From Acidobacteriota bacterium (GTDB lineage Bacteria > Acidobacteriota > UBA6911), in the NCBI GenBank assembly GCA_963664705.1, contig OY761556.1, positions 5,376,001 to 5,440,000 on the forward strand: a DNA stretch of 64,000 bases. The letters are read 5' to 3'. The translations under genes were made by a program, and so were the position numbers. The notes beneath the pieces were generated by a model, which was not told the DNA's origin, did no database searches, and worked only from the letters and a program-made list of their open reading frames with translations. Below are positions 39,005 to 50,415 of this stretch, piece after piece; position 1 is the first letter of the stretch, and every line of letters begins with the position of its first letter.

Positions 39005-39730
39005 ATGAGCGGAACCAACGGAAATAGTGCAAGTGCCGATAACAATGTTCTGATGGAAATCGAGGACCTCTGGAAAACCTACCAGATGGGGACCGAGGAA
39101 ATTCATGCGTTGCGGGGCGTATCCTTTCAAATCATGCGTGGATCGTATGTGGCCATCATGGGTCCCTCCGGATCCGGTAAATCCACACTCATGAACCTGA
39201 TTGGTTGCCTTGATACCCCCTCCAAAGGGAAATATTATCTGAATACACGGCTGGTTTCGGAAATGGATGACGATGAATTAGCGCATATCCGAAACAAGGA
39301 AATAGGATTTGTGTTTCAGACATTCAACCTGTTGCCGAGAGCAACAGCTCTGCACAACGTGGAGCTTCCGCTCATCTACAATGGGACGCCGGCGTCCGAA
39401 AGAAAAGAGCGCGCCGTCAAGGCTCTCCAGGCGGTTGAATTGGGAGAGCGCCTTTACCACCGTCCCAACGAACTGTCGGGTGGTCAACGGCAGAGAGTCG
39501 CCATTGCACGCGCGCTGGTGAACAATCCCTCGCTGATCCTGGCGGACGAGCCGACCGGAAACCTGGACTCGCAAACCAGCAATGAAATCATGACGTTGTT
39601 TGACGAGTTGCATACGCGCGGGAACACGATCATCCTGGTGACGCATGAGCCCGATATCGCCACACACGCCCATCGAGTCATCCGTCTTCTTGACGGCAAG
39701 ATCAACATCGATGAAGTGACCAAAAAATAA
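39005..39730 (+). CDS. MacB/LolD-family ABC ATPase
   Basis: [37 protein letters not shown]. Confidence 0.95.
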   Translation: MSGTNGNSASADNNVLMEIEDLWKTYQMGTEEIHALRGVSFQIMRGSYVAIMGPSGSGKSTLMNLIGCLDTPSKGKYYLNTRLVSEMDDDELAHIRNKEIGFVFQTFNLLPRATALHNVELPLIYNGTPASERKERAVKALQAVELGERLYHRPNELSGGQRQRVAIARALVNNPSLILADEPTGNLDSQTSNEIMTLFDELHTRGNTIILVTHEPDIATHAHRVIRLLDGKINIDEVTKK

Positions 39731-39754
39731 GGACTATACGGCCGCCGAGCGATA

Positions 39755-40720
39755 TCAATCGGCGGCCGCTACCCGCCTATCCCCATTCTCGTATAGAAAA
39801 CAAGCCACCAGCCACTCCGGTTCCAACTCCTTCAGCAGCGGGATCCGGTTCCTGCAGATATCCATTCTCCGTGGACAATTGGAATAAAAGACACACCCGA
39901 TGCCGCCCGCGTCGTCCATCCTAGCCGGATTCTGCACGATTCTGCAGGATGCGGCCGAACCAGGCGCATCCAAAACCGGCATCGATTCCAGGAGAATGCG
40001 GCTGTAGGGGTGTTTCGCCCCTGCAAAAAAGCTCTGTGCCGGCGCTTCCTCCACAATGCGCCCGCCGTACATGACCGATACCTGGGTGCACAGATAGTGA
40101 ATTGCATAAAGCGAATGTGAAATCAGGACCAGGGTCAGGTCATACTGCCTTTTCAGATCGGAAAGAAGATTCAATATCTGTGCCTGTACCGAGACATCGA
40201 GCGCCGATACCGGCTCATCCGCAACCAGCAGCCGCGGCTTCAAAGCCAGGGCGCGGGCAATCCCTACCCGCTGCTGCTGCCCTCCGCTGAGTTCGCCCGG
40301 CCTTCGATTCATCCAGGCGCTATCGAGTGAAACCGAATCGATCAGTTCCAGCAGCCGCCGCCGCTCTGCCAGCACGCCGATGGCGTGAATCTGCAAAGGC
40401 TCCAGCAGGATCTCTTCAATGGTCATCCGGGGATCCAGCGCCGCATAGGAGTCCTGGAAAACCATCTGGAATTCACTCCGCTTCCGTCTCAACTCGGCAG
40501 CCGATAAATCGGCCAGATTCTGCCCGTCAAAGATGCAGGTGCCGGCCGATGGCTGCAGAAGCCGCAAAGCGCAACGGGCAAGCGTGGTCTTCCCGGACCC
40601 GGATTCCCCGACCACGCCCCGAATTTCGCCCCGGGCCACCGTCATATCGACACAATCAACAATACGCCGCCCCCCGAGGTCCTTGCACAAGCCTTGAATC
40701 TGCAGCAGAGGAATATTCAT
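39755..40720 (-). CDS. oppF: Oligopeptide ABC ATPase (OppF-like)
   Basis: GESGSGKTT, LSGGQQQR, DEPVSALDVSVQAQI, HPYS, C-terminal Cys cluster. Confidence 0.88.
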   Translation of the reverse strand: MNIPLLQIQGLCKDLGGRRIVDCVDMTVARGEIRGVVGESGSGKTTLARCALRLLQPSAGTCIFDGQNLADLSAAELRRKRSEFQMVFQDSYAALDPRMTIEEILLEPLQIHAIGVLAERRRLLELIDSVSLDSAWMNRRPGELSGGQQQRVGIARALALKPRLLVADEPVSALDVSVQAQILNLLSDLKRQYDLTLVLISHSLYAIHYLCTQVSVMYGGRIVEEAPAQSFFAGAKHPYSRILLESMPVLDAPGSAASCRIVQNPARMDDAGGIGCVFYSNCPRRMDICRNRIPLLKELEPEWLVACFLYENGDRRVAAAD

Positions 40721-40767
40721 AGGAAATTAGAAATATGTTATTTAGCCAAAGAAGCGGTTGCCACCCC

Positions 40768-41775
40768 TCATTGTCCGCCGGCTGTCGCGTTAAAACACGC
40801 GGCCGCATGGGTAGCGGTGATGGTACATGCCGACGGCGTGGACTCCCGGCAGCGTGGATCCGCCAGAGAGCACCTGGGCGCGAAGGCGCATCCCGTGAAC
40901 TCCTGGCCGGCTCCAGGCAATGCTCCCGGGACTGGCGATAGACGATTGATTTCATGATGATGATTCAGCGACGGCTGACATCGGACCAGGTTCCTCGTGT
41001 AGGGATGTGCCGGCGCCCCCAGGATCACGCCCATGTCGCCAGATTCAACAATGCGTCCGCAGTACATGACACAGATCCGGTCGGAAACCTGTGCTATCAA
41101 AGGTAAATCGTGGCTGACCAGCAACAGGGATAGCCCATGCCGCTCCTTCATGCTTTGCAGCAGATCCAGGATCTGCGCCTGGATGGCCACGTCTATCGCG
41201 CTTGTCGGCTCATCGGCAATCAGGAGCCTGGGTTTGTTACAAACCGCAAGCGCAATGCCCGCACGCTGGCATGTCCCGCCCGAAAGCTCGAATGGATAAA
41301 GATTGCCCTGTGCCTCGGGAATGCCGACTTCTCGCAGAATATCGATTCCCCTATCCCGGGCGTCTCTGCGCGAAAGCTTCTGATGAGCCCGGATCGTCTC
41401 GATCATGTGATCCAGGATGGTGATCACCGGGTTCAGAGCACTTCGGGAGTCCTGGAAGACCATGCCGATTTCACGGCTTCGGAGCCGTTTCCATTCGCCC
41501 CGGGTAAGGGAATGAATCGCTCTGCCCTGGAAAAGGATCTCTCCGGACTGCACCGGGTGGTCGAGCAGTCCCAATACGGCGAGGGCAAGCGTCGACTTGC
41601 CGCTCCCCGTTTCTCCTACCAGCGAAAGTGTCTCCCCTTCGCAGATCTGCAACGATACGCCGCGCACGGCATGGATAGGGGCGGATGGAGTTGGGTAAGC
41701 GACCGAGAGATTGCGTACTTCAAGAACGCGGGGTGTAGTGCTGCGTTCTTCTCCCTCGGTCGATATTTTTGTCAT
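40768..41775 (-). CDS. oppD: Oligopeptide ABC ATPase (OppD-like)
   Basis: GETGSGKST, YPFELSGG, ADEPT, HPYT, GCAFAPRC. Confidence 0.88.
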   Translation of the reverse strand: MTKISTEGEERSTTPRVLEVRNLSVAYPTPSAPIHAVRGVSLQICEGETLSLVGETGSGKSTLALAVLGLLDHPVQSGEILFQGRAIHSLTRGEWKRLRSREIGMVFQDSRSALNPVITILDHMIETIRAHQKLSRRDARDRGIDILREVGIPEAQGNLYPFELSGGTCQRAGIALAVCNKPRLLIADEPTSAIDVAIQAQILDLLQSMKERHGLSLLLVSHDLPLIAQVSDRICVMYCGRIVESGDMGVILGAPAHPYTRNLVRCQPSLNHHHEINRLSPVPGALPGAGQEFTGCAFAPRCSLADPRCRESTPSACTITATHAAACFNATAGGQ

Positions 41776-41781
41776 GCATTC

Positions 41782-43071
<1,290 letters not shown>

Positions 43072-43261
43072 TTATACGATCGCTGATGATCAAAGCTGTA
43101 ACCCAGTTGTATAGCACAGGCTCTCATAATGGATCAAGAAACCTTGAATTTTGATAGCGGTCTGTTTCATTCTTAGTCAGGCTATGCCAAACTCCGGATT
43201 GTCTTTGGGCGGATTCGGGAAATAAGGAACTTGTCCCTAAAACTATGCGATTGGGCTAAAA

Positions 43262-43290
43262 TTGACAGCATTTGCGGGCTATGTTAGCTT
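43262..43290 (+). promoter_or_regulatory. Sigma70 promoter of the STAS gene
   Basis: TTGACA-N17-TAGCTT with extended -10 TG. Confidence 0.7.
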
Positions 43291-43310
43291 CTCCTTGCAT
43301 TGGAGGCCCC

Positions 43311-43649
43311 ATGAAGCTCTCGACCAGAAAAGTTGGAGATGTAACGATTGTTGATGTTGACGGTAAAATTGTCCTGGGTGATGGAGATGTGGAAATAAAG
43401 CAGATTGTGGACAACCTCCTTGGCCGCGGCGGAAAGAAGATCCTTTTGAATATGACAAAGGTTCCTTACCTGGATAGTGCCGGTCTTGGAGAAATCATCC
43501 GTTGCTTCACCGCGCTGAGGAAGAACGGCGGAAGCTTTAAGCTTCTTGCGCCCAATCAACGCATCATCGACCTGATGACAATCACCAAGCTCCTGGATGT
43601 TTTTGATACATACGATAATGAAGCTACTGCCATCGCAAGCTTTTCCTGA
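43311..43649 (+). CDS. STAS-domain anti-sigma-factor antagonist
   Basis: YLDSAGLG phospho-Ser motif, ITKL; GGAGG RBS. Confidence 0.92.
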   Translation: MKLSTRKVGDVTIVDVDGKIVLGDGDVEIKQIVDNLLGRGGKKILLNMTKVPYLDSAGLGEIIRCFTALRKNGGSFKLLAPNQRIIDLMTITKLLDVFDTYDNEATAIASFS

Positions 43650-43677
43650 CAGATCCTTTGCCAGCGGAGACTGAAGA

Positions 43678-44781
43678 GTGAACATGTTTCGCCCGATTCT
43701 TGTTCTTACCCTGACTTTACTTCTGATTGGTGTGCTCGTTTCACCCGGACCGCTCTCCGCTCAGATGGAGGCAATAGGATCAGAGCACCTTCTCCTGCGT
43801 ATGCCCGCGGATAGAAGCGCGTTGGGGAGGGATTTGGCGGCGGAACTCGAACGCAGCTATCTGTTCATGAACCGGTCAACCGCAAACAGCCTGCCCCGTA
43901 AGGTGGTCATTGTTGCCAATTGGGACCAGTCCAGCAGCGCTTGCGACAGACAGGGCGCTTTTATCACTATCGGGATGCGCCAGCCCGGGGCTTCAACCGA
44001 TCCCAGAAGGTTCCTTCTGCACGAGGCTGCCCAGGAATTGGCTCGCCTGGGATTGCTGGAGCTTTCCAACGGAGCTCTACGCGAAGATACCGAATTCCTG
44101 TTTGAAGGGATGGAGGAAATCTTTGTTCGCGAATATGAGCATAGCTCGAGAGTACTCGAGGGCGCGTGGGTTATTTCGAAGTATCTTGATGAAATGAAGC
44201 AGCTTGGAATGGCAACGCAGCGGGCCTGGACAACGTTTTCTTCGGGCAAGCGATGCTTCCGCAACGCAGCACCCGGAATCACTCTGCTGACGACACTCCG
44301 AGAACTTCAGGGAAGAGATGCCCCGCTGAAGTTGTTCGAAGCCCTGAAAAAAAGCAGCCTGACCGCCAGCCTGGCCGCGGCTTTTAAAACATCCATCACC
44401 GAAGTCGAAAACACCTGGCTCAAGAAAGTCCGCGAATACCCGGTGGCGGACGAGATCACGGCTTCCGGTGAAGAGGCACCCCAGCTGCTTCAAACCGCAC
44501 TTGTACCGGGCAATGCAAAACCGGGCACCACCCTGGAACTGCAGCTGTACTTTAAGAGTCTTAAAGGCAACCTATTGCCAGAGGGCATCTTCCTCCGTGA
44601 TCAGCGCACCGGACGCGTGATTCAGCCAGCGGCGCCGGCGGACAAAATGGCGGGATATATCGCGCTTAAGCTCCCGGTGGATCCGGACTGCCCACCCGGG
44701 GACTATAAATACCAGGTGGCTGCCATCGATGAATCAGGAAATCTGCGCACCTGGACCGGCGTCTATAAGATCAGCAGCTAA
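43678..44781 (+). CDS. Exported hypothetical protein, degenerate gluzincin-like domain plus C-terminal beta-sandwich
   Basis: Signal peptide; HEAAQELAR ... FLFEGMEE resembles HExxH ... W/FxxEGxAE. Confidence 0.6.
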   Translation: MNMFRPILVLTLTLLLIGVLVSPGPLSAQMEAIGSEHLLLRMPADRSALGRDLAAELERSYLFMNRSTANSLPRKVVIVANWDQSSSACDRQGAFITIGMRQPGASTDPRRFLLHEAAQELARLGLLELSNGALREDTEFLFEGMEEIFVREYEHSSRVLEGAWVISKYLDEMKQLGMATQRAWTTFSSGKRCFRNAAPGITLLTTLRELQGRDAPLKLFEALKKSSLTASLAAAFKTSITEVENTWLKKVREYPVADEITASGEEAPQLLQTALVPGNAKPGTTLELQLYFKSLKGNLLPEGIFLRDQRTGRVIQPAAPADKMAGYIALKLPVDPDCPPGDYKYQVAAIDESGNLRTWTGVYKISS

Positions 44782-44791
44782 GTACTCCCGA

Positions 44792-45748
44792 TTATTTCTT
44801 CTTGTTTTCGGTTACACGGGCAATCGCATCTTTGGTTGCCTTGGATGGACTGATGGCATCCGCCTTTTTGTACGCATTTAAGGCGGGATCCCACTTTTTC
44901 TGCTTCTCATACACCAGCCCCAATCGTGAATAGGCTTCCAGGCTATTGGGCATGAGTTCCGTGGTCTGTATCAGCGCCTTCTCGGCTTCAGAGTACTGCT
45001 TCTCGAAGAGATATGCCTCGGCAAGGTTGTAATAAACATAACCATCTCTCGGGTCGTAGTCCCGGGCTTTCAACAAAGCCTGGGCTGCCGGCCCATACTG
45101 CTTGGCCGACAGAGCCGCAGCGCCCTTTTTCAGATATGCTTTTCCGAGCGTATCGGTGATCGTGGTCTGCCCGGGCTTCATCGAGAGAGCCTTTTCCAGC
45201 GTCTGAATCGCTTCATCCGTTCTTCCGAGATTGAAATACGAGATTCCCAGCATTGAGAAATCCGCCCAATCCGATTGATTGACGCGAAGGGCGCTGGTCA
45301 GATCATTGGCAGCTTCGTTGAACTTGTTTTCCCGAAAATAGGCGGCGCCGCGCAGTTTGCTCAATTTGGCTTTTTCCGCCGCCGATGCAAAATCATCCCC
45401 CTGGTTCAACGCGGACACGCAATTGTCATATTTCTGCATGTTGAAATACGCCAACGCCAGTCCGTAATAGGTTGAAAAAGTGCGGGACTTCAACTGTACA
45501 GCCCGAGAGAGCGATGAAACCGCCAGCGCATTGTTTTTCAAACTCAAATAGCTGAGCCCCAGGAGTCGGTGCCCCGGCTCCCAATCCGGATTCTGGTCCA
45601 TGTCCGGTTTAAGCTCCTGGATGGCTTTATCAAAACGGCCCTGGTTGTAGTAGGCCACCGCCTGCTTGTAATCAGCCCTTGCAGGCTGGGCGAGGTACAA
45701 CGCCGCTATCGCGAGACCGAGAACAAGGATGAATGAAGATTTCTTCAT
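44792..45748 (-). CDS. Exported TPR-repeat protein
   Basis: Signal peptide (PARA), tandem TPR motifs; own promoter TTGACG-N17-TAAGTT at 45805-45777. Confidence 0.9.
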   Translation of the reverse strand: MKKSSFILVLGLAIAALYLAQPARADYKQAVAYYNQGRFDKAIQELKPDMDQNPDWEPGHRLLGLSYLSLKNNALAVSSLSRAVQLKSRTFSTYYGLALAYFNMQKYDNCVSALNQGDDFASAAEKAKLSKLRGAAYFRENKFNEAANDLTSALRVNQSDWADFSMLGISYFNLGRTDEAIQTLEKALSMKPGQTTITDTLGKAYLKKGAAALSAKQYGPAAQALLKARDYDPRDGYVYYNLAEAYLFEKQYSEAEKALIQTTELMPNSLEAYSRLGLVYEKQKKWDPALNAYKKADAISPSKATKDAIARVTENKKK

Positions 45749-45872
45749 GGAATCCCCCGAAGTAGTTGTCTTACTAAACTTAGCGACAATGGGCAGGAAC
45801 GTCAAGAAGACCCGCCGAATGTTTTGAAGCCCTGTGAGACCGATGACTCCTAGGACTCCTGTCTCCTTTTCC

Positions 45873-47246
45873 TTACTGCTCCTTGATCTTGAAGCGTTTG
45901 AGTTTTTCGCTCAGGGTTGTGGCATTGACGGAAAGAAGCTGTGCGGCCTTCTTCTGGTTCCATGCGGTTTTCTCAAGGGCGGCCAGTATGATCGCCTTTT
46001 CGAAATTACTAACCCGCTCCTTCAATGAGGTGCTGTCGGGAGCGAAGCGAACCGGAGTGTCCGGAAGAGGGATTGTGATGTTCTTGGGAAAAAGATCGGC
46101 GGAGATGCTGCTTCCCGAAGATAAAACGACGGCGCGCTCAATAACGTTTTCAAGTTCCCGCACGTTGCCGGGCCAGTCGTAATCCATAAGGATGCGCAAG
46201 GCAGAAGGATCCAGGTAGAGATCAGTTCGCTGGCTTTCCTCCGCATATTTTCTTATGAAATGCTCCGACAGCAGCGGAATATCCTCCGTGCGCTCGCGCA
46301 AAGGCGGAATCTTGATCACGATCACATTCAGCCTATAATAGAGATCGTCGCGAAAGGCGCCCTGGCGCACCGCTGTCTGGAGATCCACGTTGGTAGCCGC
46401 AATAATGCGGACATCAACTTTTATGTTTTCGAGGCCGCCCAGCCTGCGGAATTCCCGCTCCTGGATGACGCGCAGCAGCTTTGACTGCATTTCCATGGAG
46501 ATGGTCGCTACTTCATCCAGAAAAAGAGTGCCGCTATCCGCCGCTTCAAAGAGTCCCTTTTTAGCGTTTGTTGCGCCTGTATAGGCGCCCCGGACATGTC
46601 CGAAAAGCTCACTCTCCAGCAGATCCGAAGGTATGTTTCCACAGTTGATCGCCACAAAGGGCGCGTCCGCGCGTCCGCTCGAAGCATGAATTGCTTTCGC
46701 AACCAGTTCTTTTCCCGTACCGCTTTCACCCTGGATCAGCACCGTGCTGCGGCGCGGTGCTACCTGGGTAATCAGGTCAAAGACCTGCTGCATCGAAGAG
46801 CTTTTGCCGATGATATTTTGAAAACTGAACCGTTCGCGCAAAGATTTTTTCAGCCGCTGGTTTTCGTCAACCAGATGCCTGTGTTCCATGGCATTTTTTA
46901 CAGCCAGCAACAGCTCGTCGTTCTTGAATGGTTTGGTGATAAAATCAAATGCGCCCAGCTTGGTGGCTTTGACCGCTTTATCAATCGATGCGAATGCGGT
47001 GAGAATGACCGCCACCGGGCTGTTCTCGGCCTTTTTCATTTCCTCCAAAACCTGAAGCCCGTCCAGCCCCGGCATCATAAGGTCCAAAAGGATGACGCTG
47101 TAATCCTTGTCCCGGATCATTTCCAGCGCCTGGGTGCCGGTTTCTGCAAGGTCTACCCGATAGGATTCAGAAGACAAGAGCGTAGACAGAACGTCACGCA
47201 TAACCTCTTCGTCATCTGCAATAAGAATGCGTCCGTTTGTGCTCAT
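45873..47246 (-). CDS. Sigma54-dependent NtrC-family response regulator
   Basis: Receiver (ADDE, LDLMMP, KPF), GESGTGKE, ESELFGH, GAYTGA, WPGNVREL, Fis HTH. Confidence 0.95.
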   Translation of the reverse strand: MSTNGRILIADDEEVMRDVLSTLLSSESYRVDLAETGTQALEMIRDKDYSVILLDLMMPGLDGLQVLEEMKKAENSPVAVILTAFASIDKAVKATKLGAFDFITKPFKNDELLLAVKNAMEHRHLVDENQRLKKSLRERFSFQNIIGKSSSMQQVFDLITQVAPRRSTVLIQGESGTGKELVAKAIHASSGRADAPFVAINCGNIPSDLLESELFGHVRGAYTGATNAKKGLFEAADSGTLFLDEVATISMEMQSKLLRVIQEREFRRLGGLENIKVDVRIIAATNVDLQTAVRQGAFRDDLYYRLNVIVIKIPPLRERTEDIPLLSEHFIRKYAEESQRTDLYLDPSALRILMDYDWPGNVRELENVIERAVVLSSGSSISADLFPKNITIPLPDTPVRFAPDSTSLKERVSNFEKAIILAALEKTAWNQKKAAQLLSVNATTLSEKLKRFKIKEQ

Positions 47247-47247
47247 G

Positions 47248-50064
47248 TCAGTGAATACGAGTCGGCAGTTTGACTCTGAAATGCGTTCCTTTTCCGGCAT
47301 CGCTGTCTACAAAAATCCGGCCGCCATGCTCCTGGATAATTCCATAGGTTACGGCCAACCCAAGTCCGGTTCCCTTCCCAATATCCTTGGTCGTGTAGAA
47401 AGGATCAAAGATCTTTTTGATGTTTTGCTCCGGGATGCCCGTTCCGGTGTCGGAGATATCTACAATAACCATGGTTTCATTCATGGCCGTACATATTGTG
47501 AGCGAGCCTCCCGACGGCATGGCATCGCGGGCATTCAGGAAGAGATTGATGAAGACCTGCTGGAGTTTGCCCGCATTGCCATATACCTGCGGCAGGGCGC
47601 CGGCATAGCTTGAATCCACGGCAATATGGTTTGCCCGCAGTTGATGGTTCAACAGGGCCAGGCTGTCTTCAATCAGCTTGTTGATATCGATATCCTTGAA
47701 CTCACTCCCGTTCATCCGTGAAAAGTTCAGTAGCCCATTGACAATCTCCGCTGCGCGGAATGTCTGCTTTTCGATCTTTTCAAGTAGCGTCTTCCGCTTG
47801 TCCGATTCCGGCGTGTCTTTCAGCAGCATCTGTGTATAACTGGAAATGCCGGCAATCGGCGTATTTACCTCATGGGCGATTCCGGCCGCAAGCAATCCGA
47901 TGGAAGACAGCTTTTCCGCCTGCATCAACTGGCCTTCCAACTCGACTTTCTCCGTGATGTCATCCATCACGATGAGCGAGCCGCTATTCGCCGCCAAAGC
48001 GCCCTGAAGCGGGATGAGGCTGAGGTTGACAATCAACCGCTTTCCCAGCTTGTTCTCCATATACAATTTAAAAATATTGGCGGAGGACTGCAGCTTCCAG
48101 CCTTTGATTTCCGTGGCTCCCTGGATGGATGCAATGACATCGGGCGAAAACAACCCCTCTATCTGGGACCCGGCGATTCCGCTGCGCGTGGTCTGGAAGA
48201 GATCCTCAAATGCGCGGTTGCAGGAAGTGATTCGGCCCGATTCATCCATGGCGAGTACTGCGACATTAATGCTTTCCAGAATGTTTTCCGTATACGACTT
48301 GAGGCGTTCCAGCTCGAGAGCCTTGGTCTCTACCGAGCGATACAAATTCGCATTTTCGAGTGCCATGGCGGCATAACCGGCCAAGGCTGAGAGCAAGTCG
48401 AGATCTTCGCTGGAAAAATAGGCTCCTTTAGGCAGCTGCCCCAGGATGAGCATCCCGATATGCCTGCCGTGATGAACCAGATCCTGTACATACCGGAATC
48501 CTATCTTTTCCGCAGTTGAACTTGCATGATACAGCGAATGCGTCTTGCCGGAGGAGCCTGGAAGCGCAATCGGGCGATCCCGATCGACAAGCTCTTCCTC
48601 CCGGTACAGCCTGGATATCAACTTGGCGTTGAGCGAATAGGCATCGTAGAAGAAACCGCTATGAATCGGGTCTGACAGAAATACCGCGGAGGAGTCGACC
48701 CCGAATGTTTTGGAGATTCTCTCCACGATGCTGCGGGAAAGAGGGACCAGGCTTATTTCCGAGCTCAGCGTTCTTGCAAAATCAAGGAGCGTGGATCGAT
48801 CTTCAAACTGTTCTTTGTAAAACAGCCGGTCCAGGCGCGATTGAATGGCGTTTCTCAAGGGGGCAAACAAAAGCGCAATGACAAGGACCGCAATGCAGAT
48901 CGCCATGAAGTCGGCCTGCGGCGCCACCCACTGCAATGCCCGCCCCAGAATCAATACGAACAGAAGGTATGCGGTCAGCAGAAGAGAGCTGGATATAAAG
49001 TAAGCGGCACTTCGGCGCGCGATCGTGTCCACATCCATCAAACGGTATCGGATCAGCGCATATCCCATCGAAAGCGGTAAGAGGCCAAGAAAAAGTATGG
49101 AGGAGTCCATGGCAAACGTGGACCGCACACCCAGCAGGACCGGAATGACATAAATCAGGCAAAATGGTACGACGCCTGCCAAGGTGCCATAGCCGATCCA
49201 CTTCAACTGCTGTCGTACGACAACGTCTTTTGTCTGAATCTGCCTCTTCAGCAAAAGACCCGCTCCGGCAATAAATCCGATGCAGAAATAGACCAGCTCC
49301 AGCCGGTCGATAATGCCGAGGGATCTGGCCGTTCGCGGCAACCCCAGGGACGCCAGGTTTCCGGTAAACCACAACAATCGAAGCGCGATCAACGCCAGAA
49401 CGGGTACATAAAGCAAGAACGGACGGCTGCTGTCCGCCATCGTGTCAACCGGGAAACGCAGGCAAAAGTGCAGAAAAAGAGCCGGAAGAAGCAAAAAAGC
49501 CAGGATCAGAATTCCGTAAACCCACCAATCCAGGGGACTCAGGTTCGGCGTGTAGCTGAAAAGAAATACGACAAATGCTGCAAGACAAAGGATATAAAAG
49601 TGAAATGTCCTGGAGGATCGATCTCCTCGGAAAAGCACGAAGACGCCTATCCCGAGATAAAGAAATGCAAGAAGCGTTCGAAGACCATCTTTTGTCGTTA
49701 ACAGAACCTTCGATCCCAGCAGAAAGGCGACGGTACGAGTTCCATTCCCATTTGCGACCTCGTAGCTGATGGAAGCACCGGATTTGTTTCCATACAACAA
49801 ATCCGAATACTGTCCGAGATTCGCAATTGCAGTCCCGTTGACTGAAATCAGCCGATCTCCCGGTTTGATACCTGCGTGGCTTCCCGGACCTCCCGGTTCA
49901 ACACTCGATGCCGTTACCGTCCCATTGACTTCCGCCCAAAACACTCCATCCGATGGGTCCGTCCAGACAGTCCGATCCCGCAGATTCAGTATCCCGACCG
50001 CAACAAGAATGCTGCTCAGAAGCGCGATGGCAACGAATCTAAAAGGCACCGGAAAGGCATTCAT
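47248..50064 (-). CDS. Sensor histidine kinase: TM-PDZ-multi-TM-GAF-PAS-HisKA-HATPase
   Basis: PGSHAGIKPGDRLISVNG (PDZ), hydrophobic helix bundle, ALENANLY (GAF end), PAS, GIAHEVNTP, GTGLGL. Start moved to ATG 50064 because a sigma54 promoter lies at 50108-50123. Confidence 0.9.
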   Translation of the reverse strand: MNAFPVPFRFVAIALLSSILVAVGILNLRDRTVWTDPSDGVFWAEVNGTVTASSVEPGGPGSHAGIKPGDRLISVNGTAIANLGQYSDLLYGNKSGASISYEVANGNGTRTVAFLLGSKVLLTTKDGLRTLLAFLYLGIGVFVLFRGDRSSRTFHFYILCLAAFVVFLFSYTPNLSPLDWWVYGILILAFLLLPALFLHFCLRFPVDTMADSSRPFLLYVPVLALIALRLLWFTGNLASLGLPRTARSLGIIDRLELVYFCIGFIAGAGLLLKRQIQTKDVVVRQQLKWIGYGTLAGVVPFCLIYVIPVLLGVRSTFAMDSSILFLGLLPLSMGYALIRYRLMDVDTIARRSAAYFISSSLLLTAYLLFVLILGRALQWVAPQADFMAICIAVLVIALLFAPLRNAIQSRLDRLFYKEQFEDRSTLLDFARTLSSEISLVPLSRSIVERISKTFGVDSSAVFLSDPIHSGFFYDAYSLNAKLISRLYREEELVDRDRPIALPGSSGKTHSLYHASSTAEKIGFRYVQDLVHHGRHIGMLILGQLPKGAYFSSEDLDLLSALAGYAAMALENANLYRSVETKALELERLKSYTENILESINVAVLAMDESGRITSCNRAFEDLFQTTRSGIAGSQIEGLFSPDVIASIQGATEIKGWKLQSSANIFKLYMENKLGKRLIVNLSLIPLQGALAANSGSLIVMDDITEKVELEGQLMQAEKLSSIGLLAAGIAHEVNTPIAGISSYTQMLLKDTPESDKRKTLLEKIEKQTFRAAEIVNGLLNFSRMNGSEFKDIDINKLIEDSLALLNHQLRANHIAVDSSYAGALPQVYGNAGKLQQVFINLFLNARDAMPSGGSLTICTAMNETMVIVDISDTGTGIPEQNIKKIFDPFYTTKDIGKGTGLGLAVTYGIIQEHGGRIFVDSDAGKGTHFRVKLPTRIH

Positions 50065-50107
50065 TAAGCTGCTCGCATCCCTACTGGATATATACAGAGT
50101 AGAATTA

Positions 50108-50123
50108 AGCAATTTATATGCCA
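50108..50123 (-). promoter_or_regulatory. Sigma54 -24/-12 promoter
   Basis: TGGCATATAAATTGCT (GG-N10-GC, consensus TGGCA..TTGC). Confidence 0.85.
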
Positions 50124-50246
50124 TAGTTAACGAATAGATGATTGATCTGAATTTGTATAAACTATTGTCGCTTATTGGTTTATACGGAATCCCTCCAGCT
50201 TGGGCCGCCATAGGTCCGGGCCTCTCCAACTCCTTGAATTATGACA

Positions 50247-50260
50247 TCCAATATTTTGGA
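50247..50260. promoter_or_regulatory. Candidate enhancer (UAS) for the sigma54 promoter
   Basis: Palindrome TCCAA-TATT-TTGGA about 125-140 bp upstream of the -24 box. Confidence 0.5.
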
Positions 50261-50415
50261 CTATCTAGATATGTCCTGCAAGGACCAAAACAAGGGCTTA
50301 GCGTGGAATAAGACATGGCATCGTTTGCAGGGCGAGAGGATTCCGGTGAATAGGCTGAGGTGGCAAGCCGGAGGTCCTGCCTGGTCCGGGACGAATGCAA
50401 AGATAGGGATCGCAA

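Noticed and set aside
50316-50330. TGGCATCGTTTGC sigma54-like box on the plus strand
   Set aside because: GG-to-GC spacing is 8 rather than 10, and there is no downstream gene
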